Origin: an uncultured Limnobacter sp. | GTDB taxonomy: Bacteria; Pseudomonadota; Gammaproteobacteria; Burkholderiales; Burkholderiaceae_E | Assembly (NCBI GenBank): GCA_964481165.1 | Contig: CAYZYC010000001.1 | Span: 12,123-76,122, forward strand | Direction: 5' to 3' | DNA: 64,000 nucleotides | Shown here: in pieces, positions 52,898-64,000 of the stretch | How positions within the stretch are numbered: the first letter of the stretch is position 1 | How the letters are laid out: every line of letters begins with the position of its first letter | Position numbers and translations under genes: made by a program | Notes under the pieces: generated by a model | Told to the model about the DNA's origin: nothing | Seen by the model: the letters and a program-made list of their open reading frames with translations, nothing else | Databases searched by the model: none

Positions 52898-53239
52898 TTG
52901 CGCCTGTCCCTCCACTTCCTTGCCGGCCCGATCGCAATGGCCAGCGCCTCGGCGCTGCTCGCGGCCGAGCCCGGCGTGCGAATCATCGAGCCGGCCGACG
53001 GCGCGAAGCTCGATGCAATGCAACAGCACCGGCTCGTCTACGAGGTGCAGCCCGGGCCGCGCGGCGATCACGTCCACGTCTACGTCGACGACAAGGAGGT
53101 GGGGATCCTGCGACAGCTGAAGGGAAGCTACACCTTCGAGACGCTCGCTCCGGGCACGCGACGGATCTGCGTGAAGGTCGTCAACAAGGCGCACACGCCG
53201 ATCGGCATCGAGGACTGCGTGACCGCGCAGCTCGACTGA
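52898..53239 (+). CDS. Small exported His/Cys-containing beta-rich protein
   Basis: TTG after GAGGGGG; signal-like N-terminus; GDHVHVYVD; C..VVNKAH...C. Confidence 0.65.
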   Translation: MRLSLHFLAGPIAMASASALLAAEPGVRIIEPADGAKLDAMQQHRLVYEVQPGPRGDHVHVYVDDKEVGILRQLKGSYTFETLAPGTRRICVKVVNKAHTPIGIEDCVTAQLD

Positions 53240-53262
53240 CCCGGCATCCGCGTGTCGCGCGC

Positions 53263-53670
53263 ATGGAGAACCTCGCCTACGCGCTGGTGCAACTCGTCCA
53301 CAACTTCGGGGCCGCGGCAGTGACCGGCGGTGCGATCGCCGCCTGGTGGCCGTCGGTGCAGCCGCCGCACGCGCAGCGCCGCCTGGCCTGGCTGGTCGCC
53401 GGCGCGTGGATCGCGCAATTCGCCAGCGGCGCGCTGTTCGGCGTCGTGAGCTTCGCCTGGTACGGACAGTTCCCGGACATCGCACCGCCGGCGCGCGTCG
53501 CACTCGTCGTCAAGCTGCTCTGCGCGTTCGGCGGTGTCGCGCTCGTCGCGGCGTTGCTGCTTCGGGGACAGCGCTGGACCGAACCCGCCCGGCTGCGCGC
53601 GTGGCGTGCACTCGCCGGGTTCGGCGTCGTCGCGCTGGCGGCGGCGGCGTTCCTGCGCTGGTTCTCGTGA
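53263..53670 (+). CDS. Four-TM membrane protein (hypothetical)
   Basis: MENLAYALVQLVHNFGA...AAFLRWFS; four hydrophobic segments. Confidence 0.72.
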   Translation: MENLAYALVQLVHNFGAAAVTGGAIAAWWPSVQPPHAQRRLAWLVAGAWIAQFASGALFGVVSFAWYGQFPDIAPPARVALVVKLLCAFGGVALVAALLLRGQRWTEPARLRAWRALAGFGVVALAAAAFLRWFS

Positions 53671-53677
53671 CCGGCGC

Positions 53678-55321
53678 TCAGCCCTCGGGGAACCGGTAGT
53701 CGGCGAACTGTTCGCGCAAGCGCGTCTTCAGGATCTTGCCGGTCGCCCCCAGCGGAATCGCCTCGATGAACTGCACGTCGTCGGGGATCCACCACTTCGC
53801 GACCTTGCCTTCGTAGAACGCGAGCAGTTCTTCGCGGCTGACCTCGGCTCCCTCCTTGCGGACGACGACGAGCAGCGGGCGCTCGTCCCATTTCGGGTGC
53901 GCGATGCCGATCACCGCGGCGTTGGCGACCGCCGGATGCGCGATCGCGAGATTCTCGAGTTCGATCGAACTGATCCACTCGCCGCCCGACTTGATCACGT
54001 CCTTGCTTCGATCGGTGATCTGCATGTAGCCGTCGGGGTCGATCGTCGCGACGTCGCCGGTAGGAAACCAGCCGCGTCCGTCGGCGTCGTAGTGCAGCGG
54101 GTCACCGCCCTCGCCGCGGAAATACTCCTTGACCACCCAGGGCCCGCGCACCATCAGGTTGCCGTAGGTCTGTCCGTCCCACGGCAGGTCCTTGTCGGCG
54201 TCGTCGACGATCTTCATGTCGACGCCGAAGATCACGTGCCCCTGCTTCTCGAGCAGCGAGCGTTGCGCCTCCTGCGGAAGCTGCAGGTGCTTGTTGCGCA
54301 GCCGGCACAACGTGCCCAGCGGCGACATCTCGGTCATCCCCCAGGCGTGGATCACGTCGACGCCGTAGTCGTCCTGGAACGCGCGGATCATCGACGGCGG
54401 GCATGCCGAGCCGCCGATGACGGTACGCTGCAGCGAGCCGAATTTCGCGCCGGTCTGGCGCATGTGCTGCAGCAATCCGAGCCAGACCGTCGGCACTCCG
54501 GCCGAGTAGGTGACTCCTTCGGCCTCGAACAGTTCGTACAGCGACTTGCCGTCGAGTTGCGCGCCCGGAAACACCAGCTTCGCTCCGACCAGCGGCGACA
54601 GATAGGGCACGCCCCACGCGTTGACGTGGAACATCGGGACGACCGGCAGGATGCAGTCGCGCGAAGACGCTCCCATCGCATCGGGCAGCGACGCGCCGTA
54701 GGCGTGCAGGACCGTCGAGCGATGCGTGTACATCGCGCCCTTCGGATTGCCGGTCGTTCCCGACGTGTAGCACAGCCCGACCGCGGTGCGTTCGTCGAGC
54801 TCGGGCCATTCGTACTCGGTCGATCCGCGCGCGAGCATCTCCTCGTAGTTGACGAGGTTCGGAACCTTTTCGGACTTCGGCTGCCGGTCGGCATCGACCA
54901 TCGCGATCCAGCTCTTCACGTTCGGGCAGTGCTCGGCGATCGCCTCGACGATCGGCAGGAACGTGAGATCGAACGCCAGGTGCACGTCGCCCGCGTGGTT
55001 GACGATCCAGGCGATCTGTTGCGGATGCAGCCTCGGGTTGATCGTGTGGATGACCGCGCCCATGCCGCCGACGCCGTAATACAGCTCCATGTGCCGATAG
55101 CCGTTCCACGCGAGCGTCGCGATGCGATCGCCGATTCCGACTCCGTCGCGCATCAGGGCGTCGGCGAGCTGGCGTGAACGTCGCTCGCAATCGGCATACG
55201 TGTATCGATGGACGTCGCCCTCGACACGCCGCGAGACGATCTCGACATCGGAGTAGTGGCGGGCTGCGTGCCGCAGCAGGCTCGACACGAGCAGCGGCAT
55301 CTCCATCATCAGGCCTTGCAT
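53678..55321 (-). CDS. Fatty-acid--CoA ligase (DmdB/AlkK-like)
   Basis: [42 protein letters not shown]. Confidence 0.92.
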   Translation of the reverse strand: MQGLMMEMPLLVSSLLRHAARHYSDVEIVSRRVEGDVHRYTYADCERRSRQLADALMRDGVGIGDRIATLAWNGYRHMELYYGVGGMGAVIHTINPRLHPQQIAWIVNHAGDVHLAFDLTFLPIVEAIAEHCPNVKSWIAMVDADRQPKSEKVPNLVNYEEMLARGSTEYEWPELDERTAVGLCYTSGTTGNPKGAMYTHRSTVLHAYGASLPDAMGASSRDCILPVVPMFHVNAWGVPYLSPLVGAKLVFPGAQLDGKSLYELFEAEGVTYSAGVPTVWLGLLQHMRQTGAKFGSLQRTVIGGSACPPSMIRAFQDDYGVDVIHAWGMTEMSPLGTLCRLRNKHLQLPQEAQRSLLEKQGHVIFGVDMKIVDDADKDLPWDGQTYGNLMVRGPWVVKEYFRGEGGDPLHYDADGRGWFPTGDVATIDPDGYMQITDRSKDVIKSGGEWISSIELENLAIAHPAVANAAVIGIAHPKWDERPLLVVVRKEGAEVSREELLAFYEGKVAKWWIPDDVQFIEAIPLGATGKILKTRLREQFADYRFPEG

Positions 55322-55450
55322 GGACTGTCTCCGTATCGTTGATTCCGGTTCGTGCCGGTTCGCAGTTGCCGACGGATCGGTGCGGGCAATTCTAGCGACT
55401 CCCGCGGGGCGATGACACGCATCGAAACCGTGCGGCCCCTAGAATCGACG

Positions 55451-57037
55451 ATGCCTGGACTACGAAGGATCCCGTTGAACGCTGCGAACGTCTGGAAAAC
55501 CCTCGGGTCGTCGCAAGACGTGGTCGACTGGCCCGAACTGCGCTTCGACAATCGATACGCGCGTCTTCCGGACGAGTTCCACACGCGCGTCGATGCGACC
55601 CCGTTGCCCGGGCCTCGCGTCGTCGCGGTCAGCGAATCGGCGCTCGCACTGATCGGTCTCGATCCCGCGCGCGTGCACGAGCCGGAATTCGCCGAAGTGT
55701 TCGCCGGCAATCGTGCGCTTCGCGGCGCCGAGTCGCTGGCAGCCGTCTATTCGGGCCACCAGTTCGGAGTCTGGGCGGGCCGCCTCGGCGACGGGCGCGC
55801 GCTTTCGCTCGGCGAAGTGATCGGCCCGCGGGGAAGATGCGAGATCCAGTTGAAGGGCTCCGGCCAAACGCCCTACTCGCGGGGCGCGGACGGGCGCGCC
55901 GTGCTGCGTTCGTCGATCCGCGAATTCCTGTGCTCCGAAGCGATGGCAGCACTGGGGATACCGACCACGCGCGCGCTGGCGATCGTCGCAGCCGACTTTC
56001 CCGTGTTTCGCGAAGACGTCGAGCAGGCGGCGGTCGTCACGCGCCTGTCGCCGAGCTTCGTGCGATTCGGTTCGTTCGAGCACTTCTACGCCGCGCAACG
56101 GCCGGACAGCCTGCAACGGCTCGCGGACCACGTGATCGCCGGCTTCCTGCCCGAGCTTGCGCAGGCCGCCAACCCGTATCTGGCGCTGCTCGACGAGGTG
56201 CTGCGCCGAACGGCGCGCCTCGTCGCCCGCTGGCAGGCCGTCGGCTTCTGCCACGGCGTGCTGAACACCGACAACATGTCGATCCTGGGATCGACGATCG
56301 ACTACGGACCTTTCGGGTTCCTCGACGCCTTCGACGCCGCCCACGTCTGCAATCGGTCGGACGACATGGGCCGCTACCGCTACGACATGCAGCCGCGAAT
56401 CGCCGAGTGGAACCTGTGGTGCCTCGCGCAGGCATCGATGCCTCTGATCTCCGCGCGCGGCGGCTCGGTCGACGACGTGCGTGCGGTGCTCGCCCGATGG
56501 GCGCTTTGCTTCGAGGACGCATGGCGCGCCGAGTTCGCAGCGAAGCTCGGGCTGCAGCAGCCGCAGCCGGACGATCCGGCGCTCCTCGAGGCGCTCCTCG
56601 AGCGCCTGCAGGCCGATGCGGTGGACTTCACCCTCTTCTTTCGCCGGCTGGCGGGCGTGCGCCGCGCGGTCTCCGACGGCGAGCCGCCCACCGCCCGGCC
56701 TGCCGGCGGCGACGACGGCGCCGATGCGTGCCGCGACCTGTTCATCGACCGGGCAGCCTTCGATGCGTGGCTCGGCCGGTATCGCAGGCGGCTGGCGAGC
56801 GAGGAGCGCCCCGACCCGGCGCGCGCTGCCGCGATGAACCGCGTCAATCCCTGCTACGTGCTGCGCAATCACCTCGCACAGCAGGCGATCGAACGGGCGC
56901 AGGCCGGCGACGACTCGGAAGTCCGCCGCCTGCTGAAGGTTCTCGAGCGCCCGTACGACGAACAACCCGGAATGGCCGCGTATGCGGCCCCACCGCCCGA
57001 AGGGGCGCCACGACTGGAGGTCGGCTGTTCATCATGA
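55451..57037 (+). CDS. selO: Protein adenylyltransferase SelO (YdiU)
   Basis: [38 protein letters not shown]-terminal CSS; start 55451 or 55520. Confidence 0.92.
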   Translation: MPGLRRIPLNAANVWKTLGSSQDVVDWPELRFDNRYARLPDEFHTRVDATPLPGPRVVAVSESALALIGLDPARVHEPEFAEVFAGNRALRGAESLAAVYSGHQFGVWAGRLGDGRALSLGEVIGPRGRCEIQLKGSGQTPYSRGADGRAVLRSSIREFLCSEAMAALGIPTTRALAIVAADFPVFREDVEQAAVVTRLSPSFVRFGSFEHFYAAQRPDSLQRLADHVIAGFLPELAQAANPYLALLDEVLRRTARLVARWQAVGFCHGVLNTDNMSILGSTIDYGPFGFLDAFDAAHVCNRSDDMGRYRYDMQPRIAEWNLWCLAQASMPLISARGGSVDDVRAVLARWALCFEDAWRAEFAAKLGLQQPQPDDPALLEALLERLQADAVDFTLFFRRLAGVRRAVSDGEPPTARPAGGDDGADACRDLFIDRAAFDAWLGRYRRRLASEERPDPARAAAMNRVNPCYVLRNHLAQQAIERAQAGDDSEVRRLLKVLERPYDEQPGMAAYAAPPPEGAPRLEVGCSS

Positions 57038-57447
57038 CCGAATCGCGAACCCCTGCGCGGGTCGTCAGGAGCGACGACGAGTGGCGCGAGCAGCTCTCGC
57101 GCGAGGAGTACGAGATCACGCGCCGCCACGGCACCGAGCGCGCCTTCACCGGCCGCTACTGGGACCACCACGAAGACGGACGTTACGTCTGCGTCTGCTG
57201 CGGCACGCCGCTGTTCGCGTCCGCGCAGAAATACGAATCGGGAAGCGGATGGCCGAGCTGGTGGCAGCCGATCGCCGACGAGAACATCGTGCAGCGGGCC
57301 GACACCAGCCACGGAATGCGGCGCATCGAGGCGCTGTGCGCCGCCTGCGACGCGCACCTGGGCCACGTCTTCGACGATGGCCCGCAGCCGACGGGGCTGC
57401 GCTACTGCATCAACTCGGCTTCGCTGCGTTTCGAGCCGAGCGACTGA
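57034..57447 (+). CDS. msrB: Peptide-methionine (R)-S-oxide reductase
   Basis: [31 protein letters not shown]. Confidence 0.95.
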   Translation: MTESRTPARVVRSDDEWREQLSREEYEITRRHGTERAFTGRYWDHHEDGRYVCVCCGTPLFASAQKYESGSGWPSWWQPIADENIVQRADTSHGMRRIEALCAACDAHLGHVFDDGPQPTGLRYCINSASLRFEPSD

Positions 57448-57480
57448 AACGCGGCGCCGCGCCCGAAGGCGCAGCGCGGC

Positions 57481-57609
57481 TCAGGCCTTCTTGACCTTCT
57501 CGAGCATCCGGAACACGGGACGCTTCGAACCGTTGAACAGCCGCTTGAGCGACTTCGGCAGGCAGCGCCGCTCCAGCGTATTGCGGCGATTTCGGGTACG
57601 TTCGGCCAT
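57481..57609 (-). CDS. 42-aa highly basic small protein (absent from the ORF track)
   Basis: AGGAG 7 nt before ATG; MAERTRNRRNTLERRCLPKSLKRLFNGSKRPVFRMLEKVKKA; host-like codons. Confidence 0.7.
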   Translation of the reverse strand: MAERTRNRRNTLERRCLPKSLKRLFNGSKRPVFRMLEKVKKA

Positions 57610-57684
57610 GCAGTTTCTCCTGGGTCGCGGCGCCTGCCGGCGCGCGCTTCGAATGCAAACAACCCGTGATCATATACTGCGCGC

Positions 57685-58221
57685 ATGAAGCTGCTGTTCG
57701 ACCTGTTCCCGATCCTGCTGTTCTTCGTCGCGTTCAAGCTGGCCGACATCTACGTCGCGACCGCGGTGGCGATCGTGGCGAGCATCGCGCAGATCGCATG
57801 GCTGCGCCTGCGCGGCAAGCGCATCGAAGGCATGCAGTGGACCAGCCTCGCGATCATCGTGCTGTTCGGCGGCATGACCCTGCTCTTCCAGGACGAAACC
57901 TTCATCAAGTGGAAGCCGACGGTCCTCTACGCGCTGTTCGCGCTGGCGCTGGCGGGAGCGCACCTGTTCTTCGGGCGCAACCTGATCAAGTCGATGATGG
58001 CTCGCCAGCTCGTGCTGCCCGAGCCGGTCTGGACGCGGCTGAACGTCGCCTGGATCGCGTTCTTCGCGGCGATGGCGGCGTTGAACATCGTCGTCGCGTA
58101 CCGCTTCTCCACCGATACCTGGGTCAACTTCAAGCTGTTCGGCACGATGGGGTTGACCTTCGCGTTCGTCATCGCGCAGGCGCTGTACGTCGGGCGTTAC
58201 GTGCAGGAAGAGAACCAGTGA
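57685..58221 (+). CDS. ispZ: Septation protein A (IspZ/YciB)
   Basis: [28 protein letters not shown]. Confidence 0.94.
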   Translation: MKLLFDLFPILLFFVAFKLADIYVATAVAIVASIAQIAWLRLRGKRIEGMQWTSLAIIVLFGGMTLLFQDETFIKWKPTVLYALFALALAGAHLFFGRNLIKSMMARQLVLPEPVWTRLNVAWIAFFAAMAALNIVVAYRFSTDTWVNFKLFGTMGLTFAFVIAQALYVGRYVQEENQ

Positions 58222-58490
58222 CGCGGCCCGAACCCGACGCGATTCGCGCGCGCCTGCTCGAAGCGTTTCCCGGTGCCGGGATCGAGTTGCACGACGACAG
58301 CCACCTGCACGTGGGACACGCCGGCGCGGCCGGCGGAGCGGGCCATTTTCGGGTGCGAATCGTCAGCGACCGCTTCGAGGGACTGGGCACCGTGGCCCGC
58401 CATCGGCTCGTGTATGATGCCGTGCGCGAGTGGATGCCGCAGCGTATTCACGCGCTCGCGATCGAGGCCCTGACACGGGTCGAGAGCTAG
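58218..58490 (+). CDS. bolA: BolA-family protein
   Basis: [29 protein letters not shown]. Confidence 0.9.
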   Translation: MTRPEPDAIRARLLEAFPGAGIELHDDSHLHVGHAGAAGGAGHFRVRIVSDRFEGLGTVARHRLVYDAVREWMPQRIHALAIEALTRVES

Positions 58491-58591
58491 CGAGTCGGCC
58501 CGAGCGGTCGCTCTCCGGAAGGCCCGCCTGCCGGGCAGCCAGTGCCGAGCCGCGCCTGGCCGCGCGTTCGTCTCCACATGCACGAGGATCC

Positions 58592-59386
58592 ATGATGTCG
58601 TATCCGAATGTCTCGCTGCGGTGGGCGAGAATCGCCGCCGCCGCGTTGCTGCCGATCGCGTCGTTCGCGCTCGCGCAGAATGCCGCCGTCGTCAACAACA
58701 AGCCGATCCCCAAGGAAAGGGTCGACGAGTTCGTCCAGGCGCTGGTGGCGCAGGGCCGCCCCGACACCCCCGAGTTGCGTTCGGCGGTGCGCGACGAACT
58801 GATCGCGCGCGAGCTCTTCATCCAGGAAGCCGAGAAGAAGGGCCTGCTGCGCAGCACCGAAGTGCAGCGCCAGCTCGAGAACACCCGGCAGGAGATCCTG
58901 ATCCGTGCGCTGATCCGCGATCACCTGAAGAACCATCCGATCGAGGACGCGGAAATCCAGACCGAGTACGATCGGCTGCGCCTGCAGGCCGGAGAGAAGG
59001 AGTACCGGGCGAGCCACATCCTCGTCGACACCGAGGACGAAGCGAAGAAGATCATCGCGCAGCTGAAGAAGGGCGCGAAGTTCGAGGAGCTCGCGAAGAA
59101 GTCGAAGGACACCGGTTCGGCGCAGTCGGGCGGCGACCTCGACTGGAACACCCCCGGAACCTTCGTCAAGGAGTTCTCCGAAGCGATGGTCGCGCTCGAG
59201 AAGGGCAAGACCGTCGAGGCACCGGTCAAGTCGCAGTTCGGCTATCACGTCATCCGGCTGACCGACGTGCGCGAAGCCAAGGCGCCGCCGCTGGAACAGG
59301 TGCGACCGCAGATCCAGCAGGAACTCGAACGCGCCCGCGTGCAACAGCTCCAGCAGGAACTGCGCGCCAGCGCGAAGATCCAGTAA
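58592..59386 (+). CDS. Periplasmic PpiC-type peptidylprolyl isomerase
   Basis: Signal peptide; ASHILV, GGDLDW, SQFGYHVI. Confidence 0.92.
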   Translation: MMSYPNVSLRWARIAAAALLPIASFALAQNAAVVNNKPIPKERVDEFVQALVAQGRPDTPELRSAVRDELIARELFIQEAEKKGLLRSTEVQRQLENTRQEILIRALIRDHLKNHPIEDAEIQTEYDRLRLQAGEKEYRASHILVDTEDEAKKIIAQLKKGAKFEELAKKSKDTGSAQSGGDLDWNTPGTFVKEFSEAMVALEKGKTVEAPVKSQFGYHVIRLTDVREAKAPPLEQVRPQIQQELERARVQQLQQELRASAKIQ

Positions 59387-59395
59387 CCGGGAAGT

Positions 59396-60463
<1,068 letters not shown>

Positions 60464-60548
60464 CTAGCACCGGCAATATCGGAATCCGCTGCCGGCGCGC
60501 CCGTCGCGTTACCCTGTCCCGATTCTCTCTTCTCTCGAGGCAGCGCAA

Positions 60549-60899
60549 ATGAAAGCCACGATCTATCACAACCCTTCGTGCGGAACCTCGCGCAAGGTTC
60601 TCGGGATGATCCGCGATGCCGGCGTCGAGCCGACGATCGTCGAGTACCTGAAGAATCCCCCGGACCGCTCCACGCTCGAGCAGCTGATCGCCCGGATGGG
60701 CGTGCCGGTGCGCAGCGTCCTGCGCCGCAGGGGAACGCCGTACGAAGCGCTCGGCCTCGACGACCCGAAATGGACCGACGGGCAGCTGATCGACTTCATG
60801 ACCACGCACCCGATCCTGATCGAACGGCCGATCGTGGTGACCGCGCGGGGAACGAGGCTGTGCCGCCCGCCCGAGACCGTGCTCGAACTGCTCGGCTAG
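60549..60899 (+). CDS. arsC: Arsenate reductase, glutaredoxin-dependent ArsC family
   Basis: YHNPSCGTSR, HPILIERPIV, RLCRP. Confidence 0.88.
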   Translation: MKATIYHNPSCGTSRKVLGMIRDAGVEPTIVEYLKNPPDRSTLEQLIARMGVPVRSVLRRRGTPYEALGLDDPKWTDGQLIDFMTTHPILIERPIVVTARGTRLCRPPETVLELLG

Positions 60900-61025
60900 C
60901 GCGTAGGAATCCGATCGGACCCTGCCGCGACCGCGCGGGCTGGCACACGAACGACGGCTGCGTGTACCCTCTCCTTCCGGCAGTACCGAAGTGCCCATTC
61001 CACCAGCCTTTCGACGAGAGGATCC

Positions 61026-61337
61026 ATGGACCAATACGTAGAGGACGTGCGCAAGCACACGACGAACGTCAACGAAGGGGCGGTCGCCGCGATCGTGAAG
61101 TATTGCGGCATTGCGCTGCGCAATGCGGACTCCTCGCTGGTATCGGCGACGAGCCCGGACGAGCTCGCGACGGTGCGTGACGGATTCGCGGCGAAGAAGC
61201 TCGGGCTCGCGCCCGACGCGGCCGATGCCGGCATCGCCAAGGTCGTCGAGAAAATGAAAGGCACGCAGCGCAAGGGCCGCGTCACCTTCTACTACCTGCT
61301 TGCCGAGGCGACCGGCACGCTGGACAAGCTCGCCTGA
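61026..61337 (+). CDS. DUF2853-family protein
   Basis: GIALRNADSSLVS, KKLGL, RVTFYYLLA. Confidence 0.75.
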   Translation: MDQYVEDVRKHTTNVNEGAVAAIVKYCGIALRNADSSLVSATSPDELATVRDGFAAKKLGLAPDAADAGIAKVVEKMKGTQRKGRVTFYYLLAEATGTLDKLA

Positions 61338-61400
61338 ACCTCGCGCCCGACGGGCGCCTGCCACGTCTGCGCCGTTGTCCCGCGCGCGGTCGCGCGCGCG

Positions 61401-61633
61401 TTACGGCGCAGACGGATCTTCGTCATCGAGCAGGCCCTTGTCGGCGAGCGACTCGTCGTCGCCGTCGACCGGCACGATGCGGTCCCTGCATCGATGTCGT
61501 CGCGCATCCCCGGCGCCCCGACCACGTCGCTTCCCGAATCCGATGAGTCGCTGCGCCCCAGCGATCCGACGCCCTTACCCTTGCCGGTCTGCGGGGGTTC
61601 CTCGCCTGTGTAGTCGAGCGTGCTGTCCGCCAT
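61401..61633 (-). pseudogene. Acidic low-complexity protein with an apparent frameshift near 61484-61486
   Basis: AGGAG SD; LGRSDSSDSGSD; acidic host-codon continuation DRIVPVDGDDESLADKGLLDDEDPSAP* in a shifted frame. Confidence 0.55.
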
Positions 61634-61777
61634 GACGGTATCTCCTGTTCAGTCGGCGATTGCAGCAAGCCGCATGCCGGACATCCGGGCACGAAGTACC
61701 ATCGCCGGATCTCGTCGAACGGCCGTGGAGCTCGGCATCGAAGCGCACGAGATCACGAACGATGCGAGATGCCGGCC

Positions 61778-63544
61778 ATGACGATCGAAATCGCGTTGGT
61801 TCTCTCCATCGCGCTGGCCGCGGTGATCCTGTTCGCCACGGAAAAGCTGCGGATCGACGCCGTGGCGCTGCTGGTGCTGGCCGGCCTCGCGCTGACCGGA
61901 CTCGTCGACACGCAACAGGCGCTCAGCGGATTCAGCAACTCCGCCACGCTCACGGTTGCCGCCATGTTCGTACTCGCGGCCGGGCTGCAGAACAGCGGTG
62001 CGCTGGCGGGAATCGGCACACTGCTGGGCCGCGCCCGCTCGCCGCTGCAGTTCCTCCTGATCCTGTTCGTCGTGCTGGCGGTGATCGCGCCCTTCGTCAA
62101 CAACACGGCGGTCGTGGCCGTGATGATGCCGATCGTGATGACGGCGACGGCCGGCATCGGGATGTCCGCATCGAAGGCACTGATCCCGCTGTCGTACGTA
62201 TCGCAGATGGCCGGCGTCTGCACGCTCGTCGGCAGCTCGACCAACCTGCTGGTCAACGGCATGGCGCGGGATCTCGGACATCCCGGTTTCACGATGTTCG
62301 AGTTCACGTCGCTGGGGGTCATCTGCCTGGCGGCGGGCTGCCTCTACCTGCTCACGGTCGGGCGCTGGCTGCTGCCGGACGCGCGCAGCGCGGAACTGGT
62401 CGAACATTACGAACTGGGAAAGTACATCACCGAACTGCGGGTCATGCCGGAATCGTCGCTGATCGGCACCTCGGTCGGCGAAGCGCGGCTCGGCGAAGAG
62501 TTCGGCGTCTACGTGCTGGAACTGCTGCGCGGCGACCGGAAGGTCTGGTCGCCCAGGTCGCAGACGCTGGAAGAAGGCGACGTCCTGCTGGCGCGAGGCG
62601 ACTGGTCGAAACTGGACGAGCTTCGCAAGCGCGCCGGACTGGAGGTGAACGCGGAGTTCAAGCTCAGGCAACGTTCGTTCGAGGAAGTCGACCAGGTCCT
62701 GACCGAAGTGATGATCGCGCCTCGCTCGCGCGTAATCGGCAGCACGCTCGGCATGCTGGATCTCACGTGGGACCACAACACGACGGCGCTCGCCATACAT
62801 CGGCGCGGCCAGGTCCTGCGCGACGAGTTGCGCAACGTGCACCTGCAGGTCGGCGACATCCTGCTGATGCTCATCCCCGAATCCGGCATGGCCGCGTTGC
62901 GCAGGGACACGAACGTGATCGTGCTTTCCGAGCGGGAACCCGAGCGACCCCGCGGCTGGCGTGCGCCGTTCGCGCTGGCGACGATGGCGCTGGTCATCGG
63001 CGTGTCGGCCGCCGGTTGGGCACCCATCGCGATCACGTCGCTCGCCGGCGCCGTCGCGCTGACGCTGGCCGGCTGCCTGGACGCGGAGGAGGTCTACGAC
63101 GCGATCGACTGGCGCATCATCGTGCTGATGGCCGGCCTGCTGCCGCTGGGCATCGCGATGAGCCAGACCGGAGCGGCCGCGTACATCGTCGAGAACACCG
63201 TCGGGCTGGCCAGCCCGTACGGGCCGCTGACGGTGCTCGCGGTGTTGTACCTGATGGCGATCCTGCTGTCGGAGTTCATGAGCAATGCGGCGGCCGCGGT
63301 GCTGCTCACGCCGGTCGGCATTTCCACGGCCAGGTTGATGGACGTGGACGCGACTCCCTTCCTGATCGCCGTCACCTTCGCCGCTTCGACCAGCTTCGCC
63401 ACGCCGATGGGCTACCAGACCAACACCATGGTGTACGGAGCAGGCGGCTACAGGTTCGTCGATTTCGTCAAGGTCGGGCTGCCGCTGAACCTGATCTTCT
63501 GGGGAGTGGGCATGGCCTTCATTCCGGTGTTCTGGCCGTTCTGA
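61778..63544 (+). CDS. SLC13/DASS-family permease with TrkA-C domains
   Basis: GFSNSAT, FVNNT, TLVGSSTNL, FMSNAAA, TPMGYQTN. Confidence 0.92.
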   Translation: MTIEIALVLSIALAAVILFATEKLRIDAVALLVLAGLALTGLVDTQQALSGFSNSATLTVAAMFVLAAGLQNSGALAGIGTLLGRARSPLQFLLILFVVLAVIAPFVNNTAVVAVMMPIVMTATAGIGMSASKALIPLSYVSQMAGVCTLVGSSTNLLVNGMARDLGHPGFTMFEFTSLGVICLAAGCLYLLTVGRWLLPDARSAELVEHYELGKYITELRVMPESSLIGTSVGEARLGEEFGVYVLELLRGDRKVWSPRSQTLEEGDVLLARGDWSKLDELRKRAGLEVNAEFKLRQRSFEEVDQVLTEVMIAPRSRVIGSTLGMLDLTWDHNTTALAIHRRGQVLRDELRNVHLQVGDILLMLIPESGMAALRRDTNVIVLSEREPERPRGWRAPFALATMALVIGVSAAGWAPIAITSLAGAVALTLAGCLDAEEVYDAIDWRIIVLMAGLLPLGIAMSQTGAAAYIVENTVGLASPYGPLTVLAVLYLMAILLSEFMSNAAAAVLLTPVGISTARLMDVDATPFLIAVTFAASTSFATPMGYQTNTMVYGAGGYRFVDFVKVGLPLNLIFWGVGMAFIPVFWPF

Positions 63545-63619
63545 CGCGGTTCACCTGTCGAGCGGCGGCGCGATGGCAAACTCCGCTGCAAGCGAGCATT
63601 TGCCGGGAGTGCATGTCCG

Positions 63620-64000
63620 ATGTCCGAAGCACGGATCACCTATCGCGGCACGGTCTATCCGTGGCACTGCGATCACATGGGCCACATGAACGTGATGTGG
63701 TACGTCGGCAAGTTCGACGAAGCGACGTGGCAACTGTTCACCGCGCTCGGCGCCGGGCCGTCGTTCCTGCGAAGCGAAAACCGCGGCATGGCGGCGGTCG
63801 ACCAGCGCATCCGCTACCGTCGCGAGCTGTACTCCGGCGACGTCGTCACGGTGCGCAGCGAGGTGCTCGAAGTCCGGGACAAGAGCATCCGCTTCGTCCA
63901 CGAGATGCGGCGCGACGACGACGGCGAGGTGGCGGCTGTGACGGTCCTCGTCGGCGTGCACATCGACACGACGCTGCGGCGCGCCTGCCCGATCCCGGAC
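63620..64000 (+). CDS. Acyl-CoA thioesterase (hotdog, 4HBT-like); runs off the window end
   Basis: MSEARITYRGTVYPWHCDHMGHMNVMWY; frame open to the window end. Confidence 0.85.
   Translation, partial: MSEARITYRGTVYPWHCDHMGHMNVMWYVGKFDEATWQLFTALGAGPSFLRSENRGMAAVDQRIRYRRELYSGDVVTVRSEVLEVRDKSIRFVHEMRRDDDGEVAAVTVLVGVHIDTTLRRACPIPD

Noticed and set aside
57023-57037. Selenocysteine read-through of the SelO TGA
   Set aside because: The protein already ends in the Cys-type CSS motif, the TGA overlaps the msrB start, and I saw no SECIS-like hairpin.
60549-60899. Arsenic-resistance island
   Set aside because: arsC stands alone, with no arsR, arsB or acr3 nearby.

Overview
Very GC-rich bacterial chromosome segment. 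Gene order (ygfZ/mltG-tmk-holB-pilZ-tatD-ankyrin; selO-msrB-ispZ-bolA-ppiC; beta-oxidation cluster) points to a Burkholderiales-type betaproteobacterium (inference). I annotated about 62 CDSs and found no rRNA, tRNA, CRISPR array or transposase. A 28-bp XerCD dif-like site at 23307-23334 coincides with a switch in gene orientation and KOPS polarity, so the window probably spans the replication terminus. Best candidates for novelty: (1) a Ku / HTH-TPR / ABC1-kinase cluster with no LigD in the window, whose last stop codon lies inside the dif site; (2) an in-frame fusion of an O6-alkylguanine DNA alkyltransferase (Ogt) to the tRNA adenosine deaminase TadA; (3) an unlisted 42-aa very basic small protein next to ispZ. 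Also present: an Xre/RES toxin-antitoxin pair with a visible candidate operator, a haloalkane dehalogenase inside a fatty-acid operon, a His/Cys periplasmic plus membrane protein pair, and a frameshifted acidic ORF. All family calls come from motif recognition by eye, not from database searches.
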